Positions 10,021-20,455 are shown, counted from the first letter of the stretch. The stretch: DNA of 64,000 bases from Minisyncoccota bacterium (GCA_018062445.1 JAGOSG010000003.1:29842-93841), one strand, 5' to 3'. Program-made: numbers and translations. The notes: generated from the letters alone by a model not told the origin.

Positions 10021-10757
10021 GTTTTATTTTGAAATGCCATCACCGCTAAGAGTAGGGTATCCACACTCCCCTCAGTGTAGCTCTTTGCTTTATTAAATGT
10101 GTCCACATCGGAAAGAGCATCTATAGGATCGCCCTTCCATTTCGCCATGTTCTCAACGGCTCTTGCTAATGCCCCAACACTTTTCACCACTTCTAGGTGT
10201 TCTGTAGCGAGTGCTTTCGGCACCTCCATTATTAGCAGCGATGCTCCTATCTTTTTATATAAATCAGCCGTTGACTGAAGTGCGGGTGTTCCATAAATAT
10301 TGTCATTCATGACACTTTGTGTGAAAACCGTCACTTCATATTTTTTAACCTGACTGGCTTGACTCAAAATGACCACCAGTAGTTTGGAGTATGTGTCTAG
10401 CGAGGCCGTGTCACTGATATTTAAATCAACAAGATTGATGTTCGGCACTATAGCGGGACTCACCACTCTTTCTTTTACTAGCGAGGCAATGATGACGTCG
10501 CGCTCTCTTGCGCTGTAGTTTGTGTTTTCTGCAAGTTTTGCATACAGGTCCTCCGAAAGAGATCCTGTGAGGCTGTTATCTGAGGATTGTGTCACAGTAC
10601 TTGAAACAGATTGCCAACCTGTCATTGTTTCCCCACCAGGGATTACTGTTATTCTTTTTGGTTGATGTAGAAAGGAATACGCAGAAGATCCACCTATAAC
10701 AACGACTGCAAATATCACTGCCCAAAAAGCACCCCCCCATTTATTTTGGGTTTCCAT
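10017..10757 (-). CDS. bitopic membrane protein, possible VirB8-like component
   Basis: Short cytoplasmic N-terminus, single TM (AFWAVIFAVVVIGG), ~210-aa external domain; 4-nt overlap with downstream gene. Confidence 0.45.
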   Translation of the reverse strand: METQNKWGGAFWAVIFAVVVIGGSSAYSFLHQPKRITVIPGGETMTGWQSVSSTVTQSSDNSLTGSLSEDLYAKLAENTNYSARERDVIIASLVKERVVSPAIVPNINLVDLNISDTASLDTYSKLLVVILSQASQVKKYEVTVFTQSVMNDNIYGTPALQSTADLYKKIGASLLIMEVPKALATEHLEVVKSVGALARAVENMAKWKGDPIDALSDVDTFNKAKSYTEGSVDTLLLAVMAFQNKT

Positions 10758-10842
10758 CGTACCGTTAGTATAACCCCAGCTATAAAGGACGATTGTCCTT
10801 TATACATGCCTGTGGGGATTAGAAGCGTAGTGTTAAAAATAA

Positions 10843-10872
10843 AAACATCCGCCTGTTTGGTGGATGTTTTTA
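10843..10872 (-). terminator. intrinsic terminator after the small membrane-protein gene
   Basis: aaaaacatccgcc-tgtttg-gtggatgttttt (one mismatch in stem). Confidence 0.45.
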
Positions 10873-10890
10873 TCGGGGAAAGGTCTTTCG

Positions 10891-11160
10891 CTATTCAGGA
10901 CGATATGGGGCGTATTGTGATTCAAACTCTCGCATGAGAGATTTGATTTCAGCAATAGACAGCTGGTGTCCTTGTTCCACGGACTTTGGCGGAGATTTGG
11001 GGTTTAGAGACAAAGCCACCGCCGAAGCCCCCATAAGTCCTAGGGTAATAAGAAACGCTCTCCAAGAAATTTTCCTCTCCTCTTTCCCTCCATGTTTTTC
11101 ACTCGAATGTGTCATACCTGTTGTCTGATTTTTGATGAGCATACCATAAACACCCCACAA
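10891..11160 (-). CDS. small membrane protein
   Basis: One TM (AFLITLGLMGASAVAL); followed by an intrinsic terminator. Confidence 0.4.
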   Translation of the reverse strand: MWGVYGMLIKNQTTGMTHSSEKHGGKEERKISWRAFLITLGLMGASAVALSLNPKSPPKSVEQGHQLSIAEIKSLMREFESQYAPYRPE

Positions 11161-11251
11161 AGGTCCGACCTTTGTGGGGTGGGGGCATGGTTATTGGGTT
11201 GTTGTGTTAAAAATCTAGGATAGTGGCTCATGAGCAAGTTATAGTGTTGTT

Positions 11252-12163
11252 ATGTCTCGATTTAATGCTATTCCCTACCTCGCTTTCACCTCTATACTGC
11301 TCATTCTTTTACCGTTCGCTGTTCGAGCGAGTGAACCAGCACAAGTAAAGCAGGCGTCATTTGAAGGTACGGTACTCGAGGTTATTCCCTGCACAAACAT
11401 TTCAGGGTCTCTGGTTACGATTGGATCTTCTGGTTCCCAGTTTATATATAGAGGAGGTATTTCAAAATCAGCCCCTACCAATACTTCGCCTGCCGTAGGA
11501 AAAGAAGTCTCAGGGGTGTTATTCCCGTCATTTATTGATTGCGAAGTAGGAAATGGAGCGGAGGCAATCACCTTTAAACGACAATCCATACTTTATTATG
11601 TTTCCGCGAGCACTGCATATGCAGAGTCTTCACAAGCATCAGCACCTAGGTCATCCAATCAATCTCCTAGTTCATCGTCCAACGAGCCTTCTTTTGGTGG
11701 ATTTTCTGGTCTGTTTTCAAAACTCCAGAGTTCTTTCTCATCATTATTTTCTGGAAGTTCTGGGCAAACTCAATCAACTAGTGTCTCAACCCACACGACA
11801 TCAAACTCCAACACTTCTGCCAGTAATATTAATAACGCTAACACGTCTGGGGGAGCATCATCTGCAGGAGGTATAAGCATCAGTCAGCCATATGGCGGGA
11901 TAGTGTTGGCTGTGGTTCCTTGTACCTGTAGTGCGGGCGACTTTATGATCACACTCGGACCTCCTTCAGCAGGCACCTATCTTTTTAGTCCAACGAGTAT
12001 TCCCACCATCTACCCGTACGGATTAATTATTGTTCCTGGAGTTCATCACTTAGGTTTTTATCGCCCCTTTGGGTTCTGTAAGATGATTGCTACACCCTGC
12101 ACCGTTATTCCGATGACACGAGGCACCATCACTTCAGTAGGAACATCTCTACCGGGAAAGTAA
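11252..12163 (+). CDS. secreted Ser/Thr-rich protein with conserved Cys pairs
   Basis: Signal peptide, low-complexity S/T tract, CTC/C..C motifs. Confidence 0.5.
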   Translation: MSRFNAIPYLAFTSILLILLPFAVRASEPAQVKQASFEGTVLEVIPCTNISGSLVTIGSSGSQFIYRGGISKSAPTNTSPAVGKEVSGVLFPSFIDCEVGNGAEAITFKRQSILYYVSASTAYAESSQASAPRSSNQSPSSSSNEPSFGGFSGLFSKLQSSFSSLFSGSSGQTQSTSVSTHTTSNSNTSASNINNANTSGGASSAGGISISQPYGGIVLAVVPCTCSAGDFMITLGPPSAGTYLFSPTSIPTIYPYGLIIVPGVHHLGFYRPFGFCKMIATPCTVIPMTRGTITSVGTSLPGK

Positions 12164-12168
12164 TTTTT

Positions 12169-12975
12169 TTACTTCGCTAAATATTTTGTGAGAGCAAACC
12201 ACTGATCTAGAGTGATATCTTCGGCACGAGCTTTTCCAGGGATACCAACTCGCTCAAGAGCCTCTCCGGAATTAACACCAAGTATTTTTCTTAGGTTTCC
12301 TGCGAGCGTTTTTCTTTTCTGTGCGAAACCTGCTTTTACGATGCGGAAAAAATCTTCTTCTTCAATCTTTTTCAAATTTTTATTTGAAATGTCATACACG
12401 GCAAGTATCGCTGAATCAACTGATGGTGATGGATTGAAGCTTCCTCGAGAAACTGTTTTTATATATTTTGGAGTGCCATATGCTTTTACGGAGAGCGAAA
12501 GAATACTTTCTTTTTTACTTCGTGCAATTCTTTCCGCAACTTCTTTTTGTACCAGAAGTGCAAGCGAGACAGGTTTATTTTTTGCAGTTAAGCATGAGCG
12601 AATTAATTCTCCTGTGATGTAGTACGGAATATTTGCGGCAATTTTGTATGCGCCTTTTGGAAATACTTTATCAGGCGTATAGTCGCGAGCATCGCCCTCA
12701 ATCAGTGTCAGTAAACCCGAACTAAGTTCGTCAGTAAATTTTTCTTTGAGCACCGAAACCATTGCCGGATCTTTTTCAACTGCGGTTACTATTCCTCCAA
12801 GCGAAAGTATTTCTTTGGTTAGCATTCCCTTCCCTGGTCCTATCTCAAGCACCCTGTCTCCATGAGTAACATTTGCAGCAACAGCCACAGCACGGGCAAT
12901 GCCAACGTTAGTGAGTAGATGTTGTCCGAGTTTTGCACCTCGGCGCACTTTAGGTGATCGAGGGGATTTCATCAT
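12169..12975 (-). CDS. rsmA: 16S rRNA (adenine1518/1519-N6)-dimethyltransferase
   Basis: LGQHLL start, SAM motif VLEIGPGKG, KsgA-like length. Confidence 0.9.
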   Translation of the reverse strand: MMKSPRSPKVRRGAKLGQHLLTNVGIARAVAVAANVTHGDRVLEIGPGKGMLTKEILSLGGIVTAVEKDPAMVSVLKEKFTDELSSGLLTLIEGDARDYTPDKVFPKGAYKIAANIPYYITGELIRSCLTAKNKPVSLALLVQKEVAERIARSKKESILSLSVKAYGTPKYIKTVSRGSFNPSPSVDSAILAVYDISNKNLKKIEEEDFFRIVKAGFAQKRKTLAGNLRKILGVNSGEALERVGIPGKARAEDITLDQWFALTKYLAK

Positions 12976-14881
12976 TCCAGAAAGGAAACACTACCACATC
13001 GCGATACTCAGGATCGAGTTCAGTAATGAAAACTGAAGGCATATTTTCCGAGCGTGTGCCAAATATTCGACGCGTTCGCGCATAGGTTGTGTATACAAGA
13101 CTTTTTGCGCGCGTGAGAGCAACATAAAAAAGTCGTCGCTCTTCTTCAGTGTCTACGCCGTCTGCACCATCTCGCTCATGAGGAAATAACCCTTCTTCTA
13201 AGCCAGCAATAAAGACAACACTAAACTCTAAACCTTTTGCGGCGTGTACGGTCATTAACTTCACGCCAGATGCAGGTTTTTCTAGTTCATCTTGATCTGA
13301 CTGTAGTACGGCTTCTTCTATAAGGCGTTCAATACCAGTTCCCAGTGGAAGTGTGTCGTATTTCGTTGCAACAGTAACGAGCTCTTTTAGGTTTTCAAGT
13401 CTCTCTGCATCCTCAGCATTTTTTTCAGAATACAAACGCCACATGCCACTTTCGGTGAGAGCAAAATATACTGCTTCTGATGCGCTTTTTTCCTCTATGG
13501 CTTTTGCGATGCGAGAAAGTGTTTGACGAAAGAGGTGTATTTTTTCTTTTGCTGAAGCAGGAAGGTTTTCTTCTTGATGATTAATTATTTTTGCGAGTGT
13601 GACCTTACCAATGCCACGAGACGGCGTTGCAATTGCGCGTGTTATATCGGCTGCAGAATCAGGGTTCAGGGCTGCGCGCAAATAGGAGAGTGCATCTTTC
13701 ACTTCTTTGCGTTCAAAAAATCGAGTGCCAAGAACTTGGTATGGAACTCCGGCTCGCAAAAATCCTTCTTCCAAGACTCTCGATTGAAAGTTTGCACGAT
13801 ACAAAACTGCAATATCTTCTGCACGAAGCCCTTTCCCTATCAAATTTCGCGCTTCACGTGCAATAAAGTTTGATTCTTCATTTTCATCTGCAAATCCTGC
13901 CACTTGTATTTTTTCTCCATCTTCATTCTTTGTGTGCAATTCTTTGTCTCGGCGATTTACATTTTTTGCTATTGCATCGTTTGCAGCAGATAAAATTGTT
14001 TTGGTGGAACGGTAGTTTTCCGTGAGTAAAATGATTTCTGCATTTGGAAATGCTTTTTCAAAATTCATAATGTGTTCAATGGAAGCTCCTCGCCAGCTAT
14101 AAATGTTTTGATCGACATCACCAACAGCCGCGATATTGCCATGGCGCTCGCTTAGTAATTTTACAATTTCATACTGCACGCGGTTGGTGTCTTGGTACTC
14201 ATCAACGTGAATGTAGTCCCAGGCATTCTGGAAGTGTTCTCGCGCAGGGGGGTGGTTAGTAAGAAGCCAGTGCGCTGTAAGGAGGATGTCATCAAAATCG
14301 AGTGCTTTTTCTTTTTTCAAAATAGCTTCGTAGCGTCCCCAAACTTCTCCAACCGCTTCATCAATATATGAGGATGCATGTTCATTCTGAAATTCTCTCT
14401 GCCCTATGGCCTCCCCTTTCTTTCTGCTCATTATAGAAATTACTTTGCGAGGCTCTAGCTGTTTTGGGTCGAAGCCAGCTGCGGTGATAGCTTCCCTCAT
14501 GGCGCGGGTAGAATCTGCACGGTCATAAATAGTGAAACGCGCTGGCAACCCTACTGCACCGTGGAATGTTTTTATTATTTCCAAGGAGAGCCTATGAAAT
14601 GTGCCTATAAAAGGGTCGTGTCTTGGGGTGTCATATGGAGAAAGAACCAAATCTGTCTTTATAAGGTGGGAGACACGCTCTTTCATCTCCTTAGCTGCCT
14701 TATTGGTGAATGTAACTGCCAAAATGCGTTGCGGTGCGGTACCCTCGCGGATTATTTCAGCTATGCGGTGCACAATAACCCTCGTTTTGCCTGCCCCTGC
14801 CCCTGCCAATATAAGGAGTGCCCCCTTGGAATGCAGAACCGCTTTCTTTTGGGCTTCATTTAGGTGTTTAAGGTGGTCCAC
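12950..14881 (-). CDS. pcrA: ATP-dependent DNA helicase, UvrD/PcrA family
   Basis: LNEAQKKAV..AGAGAGKTRV Walker A; UvrD motifs; 643 aa. Confidence 0.9.
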   Translation of the reverse strand: MDHLKHLNEAQKKAVLHSKGALLILAGAGAGKTRVIVHRIAEIIREGTAPQRILAVTFTNKAAKEMKERVSHLIKTDLVLSPYDTPRHDPFIGTFHRLSLEIIKTFHGAVGLPARFTIYDRADSTRAMREAITAAGFDPKQLEPRKVISIMSRKKGEAIGQREFQNEHASSYIDEAVGEVWGRYEAILKKEKALDFDDILLTAHWLLTNHPPAREHFQNAWDYIHVDEYQDTNRVQYEIVKLLSERHGNIAAVGDVDQNIYSWRGASIEHIMNFEKAFPNAEIILLTENYRSTKTILSAANDAIAKNVNRRDKELHTKNEDGEKIQVAGFADENEESNFIAREARNLIGKGLRAEDIAVLYRANFQSRVLEEGFLRAGVPYQVLGTRFFERKEVKDALSYLRAALNPDSAADITRAIATPSRGIGKVTLAKIINHQEENLPASAKEKIHLFRQTLSRIAKAIEEKSASEAVYFALTESGMWRLYSEKNAEDAERLENLKELVTVATKYDTLPLGTGIERLIEEAVLQSDQDELEKPASGVKLMTVHAAKGLEFSVVFIAGLEEGLFPHERDGADGVDTEEERRLFYVALTRAKSLVYTTYARTRRIFGTRSENMPSVFITELDPEYRDVVVFPFWNDEIPSIT

Positions 14882-15082
14882 AGAAACCCACTATAACAGT
14901 AGGGTGGCAAAATAGACCTGAGGATTGAATCGGGGCCACGCCCTCAGCGTATTTATTTCGATATTTTTACCAGCATTTGTCAACTGTTATGGCATTTTTT
15001 GTTGTCCCCCGAAGCCTTTTAAGACAATTGACTTCAATTTTCAGCTCGGTATAGTGGTTGAACGACTGTTCGTCCGCGTTTC

Positions 15083-16255
15083 TTGTTTTGGCTTAATGGA
15101 GCCATTTTACTTGAAACACCCGTTGGCTACCCTGAGTGGGGATTACATATAAAAACAAAAGAGAACAACGCCCGCGACATTGCACATGCAGGTTCCCGAG
15201 CTACACAAAGAAAGTTTGCTTCGGCTTTCATTGCCGTCATAGTCCTTTTTTCGTGCCTCGGTACATTTAAAGAAGCCCATGCTTCTTTCTTCTCTTCATT
15301 GTCGGACTTTTTTGCTCCCCTATCTTCTGCCGTATCAGAGTCCTCTTCTATTACAGCCTTTTCTGCTTCAAAAACTCCCGCTCTTCGGGCGGCAGTGAAT
15401 GTAGATCCGAATCCGGCAAAGGGTGGTGGAGATATAACCATAGTTGGAGGAGTGGCTCTTGTTCCAGAAACTGGACCAGAGGGGACTCTCGCTGACATAC
15501 AGGACCAGAAGCCACACTCAAATCAGATTTCAATATACGTCGTTCGTGAAGGAGATTCTCTTTCAGAAATCGCTGGAATGTTTCATGTTTCTCCCAATAC
15601 CATTCTTTGGGCAAACAACCTGACAAACGCTAAATCAGTTCGTCCTGGAGATACCCTCGTTATTCTTCCTGTTACTGGAGTTGAGCATGTTGTCTTAAAA
15701 GGTGAAACGCTCGCGTCGATTGTTAAGAAGTATAAGGGCGACATGCAAGAGGTACTAGACTTTAATAGCTTATCCGCAGGAGCAAAGTTGGCGGTCGGTG
15801 ACTCAATCGTTATTCCTGACGGTGTTGATGCCCCACTGGTAACAAAATCTTCCACTCCAACATCGGCAGGCAACTCAAAGCTTATTCGTGGCGCAGGAGG
15901 GCCTATAGTTGAAGGATATTACCTCCGTCCTCTCATTGGCGGTAGAAAGTCGCAGGGACTCCATGGGTATAACGGAGTTGATATTAGTGTTCCAATTGGG
16001 ACATCGGTTATGGCCTCATGCCCCGGTACGGTTCTGGTAAGTAGAGACTCAGGTTGGAACGGAGGATACGGCGATTACATTGTTATTCAGTGTTCAAATG
16101 GAACGCAAACAGTGTACGGTCACCTGTCCAAAACAGAGGTGTCTGCAGGCGCATCAGTGGTTCAGGGGCAGGTGATTGGTCTTTCGGGTAACACCGGCCG
16201 CTCAACAGGTGCACACCTTCACTTCGAGATTCGCGGTGCCACAAATCCTTTTTAA
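15083..16255 (+). CDS. LysM-domain M23 family peptidoglycan metalloendopeptidase
   Basis: Two LysM repeats and C-terminal M23 motifs (HxxxD-like GVDI, GNTGRSTGAHLHFE); true start may be internal or a non-ATG codon. Confidence 0.8.
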   Translation: MFWLNGAILLETPVGYPEWGLHIKTKENNARDIAHAGSRATQRKFASAFIAVIVLFSCLGTFKEAHASFFSSLSDFFAPLSSAVSESSSITAFSASKTPALRAAVNVDPNPAKGGGDITIVGGVALVPETGPEGTLADIQDQKPHSNQISIYVVREGDSLSEIAGMFHVSPNTILWANNLTNAKSVRPGDTLVILPVTGVEHVVLKGETLASIVKKYKGDMQEVLDFNSLSAGAKLAVGDSIVIPDGVDAPLVTKSSTPTSAGNSKLIRGAGGPIVEGYYLRPLIGGRKSQGLHGYNGVDISVPIGTSVMASCPGTVLVSRDSGWNGGYGDYIVIQCSNGTQTVYGHLSKTEVSAGASVVQGQVIGLSGNTGRSTGAHLHFEIRGATNPF

Positions 16256-16258
16256 ATT

Positions 16259-17056
16259 TTAAGCAACGCGCCTTGCGTTATCAAAAAATTCTCCCCCATC
16301 GTTGTTTGGAGTGTCTGTTTGTTCAGGTTCTTCTATGTCAGCATCAGGTAACTCCTCTGACTCGGGTGCTTCTGTTGGGGCATTGTCATTTGCAGGGGGT
16401 CGCCTGAAAGCGGGTTGTGTTGGCTGGTACGCAGGCTTTTGTACAGGCTCATTTTTTTTCTGCGGGTTGACACCATCGACTGATTTATTTGATGTCGGAG
16501 TACTTTTGTTCGGAGTCTCTTTTAATGACTGACTTTGCGGGCGGCCGCTATCTTTATTTACTAAGTGTTCGGCGTCACGATTTCCTTCTGTCCCCCCTGT
16601 TGTTTTGGGAGTGCCACCGCTTTTCTCTGGGCTCCCTTGTGTTGGTGCCCCACCATCTTGTGTTCCAGGATTTTTCCCTTGGAGTGCACGAATGGCTTTC
16701 CCCTCAGCCTCTTCTGTTCTCGATTTTCCTTCGCTTTCTTCTCCAGCTAATGGCTCGGTGTTTGCTTTGTTAATGCGATATGAAATAAATACAAACGATG
16801 TTGAGCATGGCACGAATGGAAGTAGTTCTCCTGCTGCGTTCAGTAGTGTTTCGGCCATCATTTTGTCAGTGTTGTATCCATTAAGCCACCACATGCCACG
16901 GCAATATAGAATAAAGAAATCACCTGCCCCAGGAAGCCAAAAGAGTGCTGCGTCTACGGCAATCGCCCAAGCAAGGTAGGATTTATAGGAGTCTCTCGGT
17001 ATGCGTTTCTTGCCACCGAAAATCGAAAATATGTTACTTTTTGATCCTTCCGCCAT
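16259..17056 (-). CDS. membrane protein (DUF4112-like) with disordered Pro/Thr-rich tail
   Basis: AWAIAVDAALFWLPGAGDFF motif; low-complexity C-terminus. Confidence 0.45.
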   Translation of the reverse strand: MAEGSKSNIFSIFGGKKRIPRDSYKSYLAWAIAVDAALFWLPGAGDFFILYCRGMWWLNGYNTDKMMAETLLNAAGELLPFVPCSTSFVFISYRINKANTEPLAGEESEGKSRTEEAEGKAIRALQGKNPGTQDGGAPTQGSPEKSGGTPKTTGGTEGNRDAEHLVNKDSGRPQSQSLKETPNKSTPTSNKSVDGVNPQKKNEPVQKPAYQPTQPAFRRPPANDNAPTEAPESEELPDADIEEPEQTDTPNNDGGEFFDNARRVA

Positions 17057-17085
17057 GCCTGTATTGTAACCTCGTTTGCTATCGT

Positions 17086-18609
17086 CTACGTACGTAAAAT
17101 GCGTGGACGGTATTGGAGTGCTTCAAGCACATGCTCCGAGCCAACGAGTTCAGAATTTCCAAGGTCAGCAATGGTGCGTGCCAGTCGGAGGACTCGATGA
17201 TACGAGCGAGGTGAAAGTTTGAGATTTTTTGCAGCACCAGTGAGGGTATTTTGTGCGTCAACAGAAATACCTGCTCGTTCGTCAAGAACCTTTGAGGGGA
17301 GCTCACTGTTTGTATGAGTACGCAGTTTTAATTTTTTAGACCGTGCGATTTGTTTTTCTCTGGCACTCATAATACGCTCCCGTACCGTAAATGATTTTTC
17401 AGATTCGTTTTTACTCCCGAGTTTTTCGTGGGGTACATGTGGGACATCAATCCACACATCAATGCGATCAATAATGGCACCGGAGAGTTTTTTTTGAAAA
17501 CGCGCCATCTCTCGCGGGTTGGCATTATTTTCTGGTGGGTTCATTGCCGCCACTAACATGATGTTTGCTGGGAATGTTGTTGAACCGATGGCTCTAGATA
17601 TTGTTATTGCGCGATTTTCCAAAGGTTCCCTGAGTGCCTCAAGTGTTCGCCTATCAAATTCAGGAAATTCATCAAGGAAAAGAACACCACGATGTGCGAG
17701 TGTTATTTCTCCTGGACGAAGTGCGTTACCTCCGCCCACGAGCGCGACATACGATGAGGTGTGGTGTGGTGCCCGGATAGGGGCAAAGCGTATAAGTGTT
17801 TCTGTAAGAGTGCCTGCAACTGAATGGATTGCTGTTACTTCCACGGCTTCTTCAAAAGATAGTGGTGGGAGTATTCCCGCAAGTGCATGAGTGAGCATTG
17901 TTTTTCCTGTGCCAGGTGGTCCCACAAAGGCAATGTTGTGTCTACCCGCTGCAGCAATTTCAAGCCCACGCTTTGCAGTCTCCTGCCCTTTTATATCTGC
18001 AATATCTACCTGTGGAAGTTCACTTTCAACATTTTCTCCCGCATGATGCGGAGTTTCCTGCAACTCTTTTTTCTCTGTAATGTGCTCAATTACTTCTCGA
18101 AGTGATGTTGCCCCAAAAACGGAGATGCCGGCAACGAGAGCAGCTTCACGCGCGTTTTTTTCAGGAACAACTATAGCGGTGAACCCTTTTGCCTTTGCAG
18201 TTAGGGTTGCCGGTAAGATTCCTCGAATCTCTCGAAGTGTTCCATCGAGTGCTAATTCTCCCAAGAATGCTGTTTTTGTAGGGTCGAATGAAATTTCTTC
18301 GGCGGACAGGAGATATGAAAGCGCCATAGGTAAATCAAAAACTGCCCCTTCCTTTTTAAGTCCAGCGGGGGCAAGTGAGATAACTATTTTGTGATTGAAT
18401 GTCTTCGGTGATTTAAAACCAGAATGTTTTATGGCAGCAGAGAGTCGGTCGCGCGCTTCTTCAACGGCTTTATCCGCGAGACCTACAACTGAAAACGCAT
18501 ACAGTGTTTTTTCAGTGACATCTGCTTCCACGGTAACAATTTCAGAGTGAGGAAATCCAGGCTGAACGCTATACACGCGTGCAAACATAGTGAGCATGAT
18601 AGCAGGCAT
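17086..18609 (-). CDS. comM: YifB/ComM family Mg-chelatase-like AAA+ ATPase
   Basis: Lon-like N-domain, Walker A GPPGTGKT, 507 aa. Confidence 0.9.
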   Translation of the reverse strand: MPAIMLTMFARVYSVQPGFPHSEIVTVEADVTEKTLYAFSVVGLADKAVEEARDRLSAAIKHSGFKSPKTFNHKIVISLAPAGLKKEGAVFDLPMALSYLLSAEEISFDPTKTAFLGELALDGTLREIRGILPATLTAKAKGFTAIVVPEKNAREAALVAGISVFGATSLREVIEHITEKKELQETPHHAGENVESELPQVDIADIKGQETAKRGLEIAAAGRHNIAFVGPPGTGKTMLTHALAGILPPLSFEEAVEVTAIHSVAGTLTETLIRFAPIRAPHHTSSYVALVGGGNALRPGEITLAHRGVLFLDEFPEFDRRTLEALREPLENRAITISRAIGSTTFPANIMLVAAMNPPENNANPREMARFQKKLSGAIIDRIDVWIDVPHVPHEKLGSKNESEKSFTVRERIMSAREKQIARSKKLKLRTHTNSELPSKVLDERAGISVDAQNTLTGAAKNLKLSPRSYHRVLRLARTIADLGNSELVGSEHVLEALQYRPRILRT

Positions 18610-18635
18610 TTTGTATCTACTGATATTGATTTATT

Positions 18636-18664
18636 AAAAACACCTCAACGATGAGGTGTTTTTA
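18636..18664 (-). terminator. intrinsic terminator after the dksA/traR-like gene
   Basis: aaaaacacctca-acg-atgaggtgttttt. Confidence 0.65.
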
Positions 18665-18683
18665 AGATTGCACTAAAAAAGTT

Positions 18684-19058
18684 TTATACAGCTTCTCGCA
18701 TGTGCTTTTTGCAGGTGGGAGCAGCTGGGTTTGCTTCGAGACGATCCATTTCAATCGCTTCACCAGAAATTTCACAAGTGCCGTAGGTGCCTTCTGTGAT
18801 TTTTAAAAGTGCATTCATAACTTGATTCAACCTGCCTTCGAGTTCATTGAGAGCCGCATTGTTATCCTGCATGTCTTCAATGATGTCGGCATTGTCATTT
18901 CGATCAGCACCAAATTCATCTCCCGCAGGTTTGACAGGTACCCAGTCCGATGCGTTTGAAGGGTTTCTACTCCCAAGCTCAGAAAGCTCAGTTTCAAGGA
19001 GCACCTTCTCCTCTTCAAGTAATTTCTTAAATTTTACGAGGTCATTTTGTGTGAGCAT
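18684..19058 (-). CDS. DksA/TraR family C4-type zinc-finger protein
   Basis: C-terminal CEISGEAIEMDRLEANPAAPTCKKH zinc finger. Confidence 0.75.
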   Translation of the reverse strand: MLTQNDLVKFKKLLEEEKVLLETELSELGSRNPSNASDWVPVKPAGDEFGADRNDNADIIEDMQDNNAALNELEGRLNQVMNALLKITEGTYGTCEISGEAIEMDRLEANPAAPTCKKHMREAV

Positions 19059-19085
19059 GCGGGTATCCTAACATAGACAGGTCAT

Positions 19086-19152
19086 AGGTGTCAGGTTCCA
19101 GCTGTCAGCTTCAAACCTCTCCCTAGAAGCTGAAACCTAGCACCTTGAACCT
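19086..19152. repeat. family A repeat copy (extended)
   Basis: aggtgtcaggttccagctgtcagcttcaaacc...gaagctgaaacctagcacc; upstream of the traR-like start. Confidence 0.6.
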
Positions 19153-20455
19153 ACTTACTGCTTTGCAGTGAAAGTCGAGTTATTACCTCACGAAGCGTGC
19201 TTTCGTTTGTGGTGATGAGAATGAGGTCTGGGCGAAGGAAGGCATACATAATGTGCCATTCCAACTGACTTTCTCGGACATCAGTATTTTTAATAGTACG
19301 GTCAGTGAATATGAGCGCAGGAGGAGTAGATGCGATGCTTGCGGGAGCAAGCGATGACGGTCTGAAGAAGTTCCCCAATCCTTCATTCATACGAGTTTCC
19401 CATGAAAGCATCGCATCGAATGCATGATCGTATGCAGACACCGTGATTAAAATAAATGGTTGGTTGCGATCAAATGCATGTACACCAACCATGACGCTCC
19501 GTGCATTCCGCACTAGTTCATTTGGTGCACCAAAAAGACCGAGGATGTCGTCCGTGCGAAGGGGAATGCCGTTTTTAGTAATAATAAATGCCTCCACTTC
19601 CCCAAGGTTGAGTGTTGCGGAGTCTTTTATTTTTCCGAGAGTGATAGGTAGGGCTTCCTCGGGCGCGTATTCTACTGTTCTCGAGTGATTTGCAGGTATG
19701 AGTAATCGCTCCGATGTGGCTATGTTTGTTTGTTTATTAAAAACGAACGCTGCGCCGAGGCTCAGTATTCCAATAGCGGTAAGAAAAACTGATCCTATTA
19801 AAAACATTCGCATGCGATTAGCGCGTTTGGTTATTGCCACAGTATCTTCGTAGGGACCTTCGGTTATTGTTCGCTGTTGTTCTGCTCCCACAATTGAAGT
19901 GAGTGTGGTGTTTCGTTTCCTGATTTCAGTGCTGATGTCGTTTGCATAGGTACGCACACGAGGAAGCCCGGTATCGGTCTCAGTGGATTGTTTTATCGCG
20001 TTAATTTCTGGTGGTGGATTTTTCTCCCTTACTGGCTCTTCCTCGAGACCTATCTCACGAGCGCTTCTTTCAAAAGGATTTGCGGCAGGCGTAGATTGTA
20101 AGGTGGGCTTTTCGACTTCTTTTTCAACTTTTGCAACAGGAAAAATTTTCTTCGTTGCTTCAACTACCGCATTGCCTGTATACAAAGAACTTACCGCTTT
20201 TGCTAATGCTTCTACTGTTTTAAATTTCGGCAATGAAGGCGCCTGCATTATCGGCTTCTCTACATTTTTTTCAATGACAGGGAGTGGTTTAGGTGGAACG
20301 ATAGGTTGTGTCGGGGTATTCACCACCATTAAGGAGTGAGGTTCCTGTGTCGGCGCAGCCAATAGAAGCTCGTCTTTAGATGGAAGAGTGTTGTCGACAA
20401 GTGCTTTTTTGTTCTCCTCGTCTATTTCCATTTCGTCTATCATTGTAACCCCCAC
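19151..20455 (-). CDS. hypothetical single-pass membrane protein
   Basis: One TM (MFLIGSVFLTAIGILSLGAAFVF); no recognised domain. Confidence 0.45.
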   Translation of the reverse strand: MGVTMIDEMEIDEENKKALVDNTLPSKDELLLAAPTQEPHSLMVVNTPTQPIVPPKPLPVIEKNVEKPIMQAPSLPKFKTVEALAKAVSSLYTGNAVVEATKKIFPVAKVEKEVEKPTLQSTPAANPFERSAREIGLEEEPVREKNPPPEINAIKQSTETDTGLPRVRTYANDISTEIRKRNTTLTSIVGAEQQRTITEGPYEDTVAITKRANRMRMFLIGSVFLTAIGILSLGAAFVFNKQTNIATSERLLIPANHSRTVEYAPEEALPITLGKIKDSATLNLGEVEAFIITKNGIPLRTDDILGLFGAPNELVRNARSVMVGVHAFDRNQPFILITVSAYDHAFDAMLSWETRMNEGLGNFFRPSSLAPASIASTPPALIFTDRTIKNTDVRESQLEWHIMYAFLRPDLILITTNESTLREVITRLSLQSSK

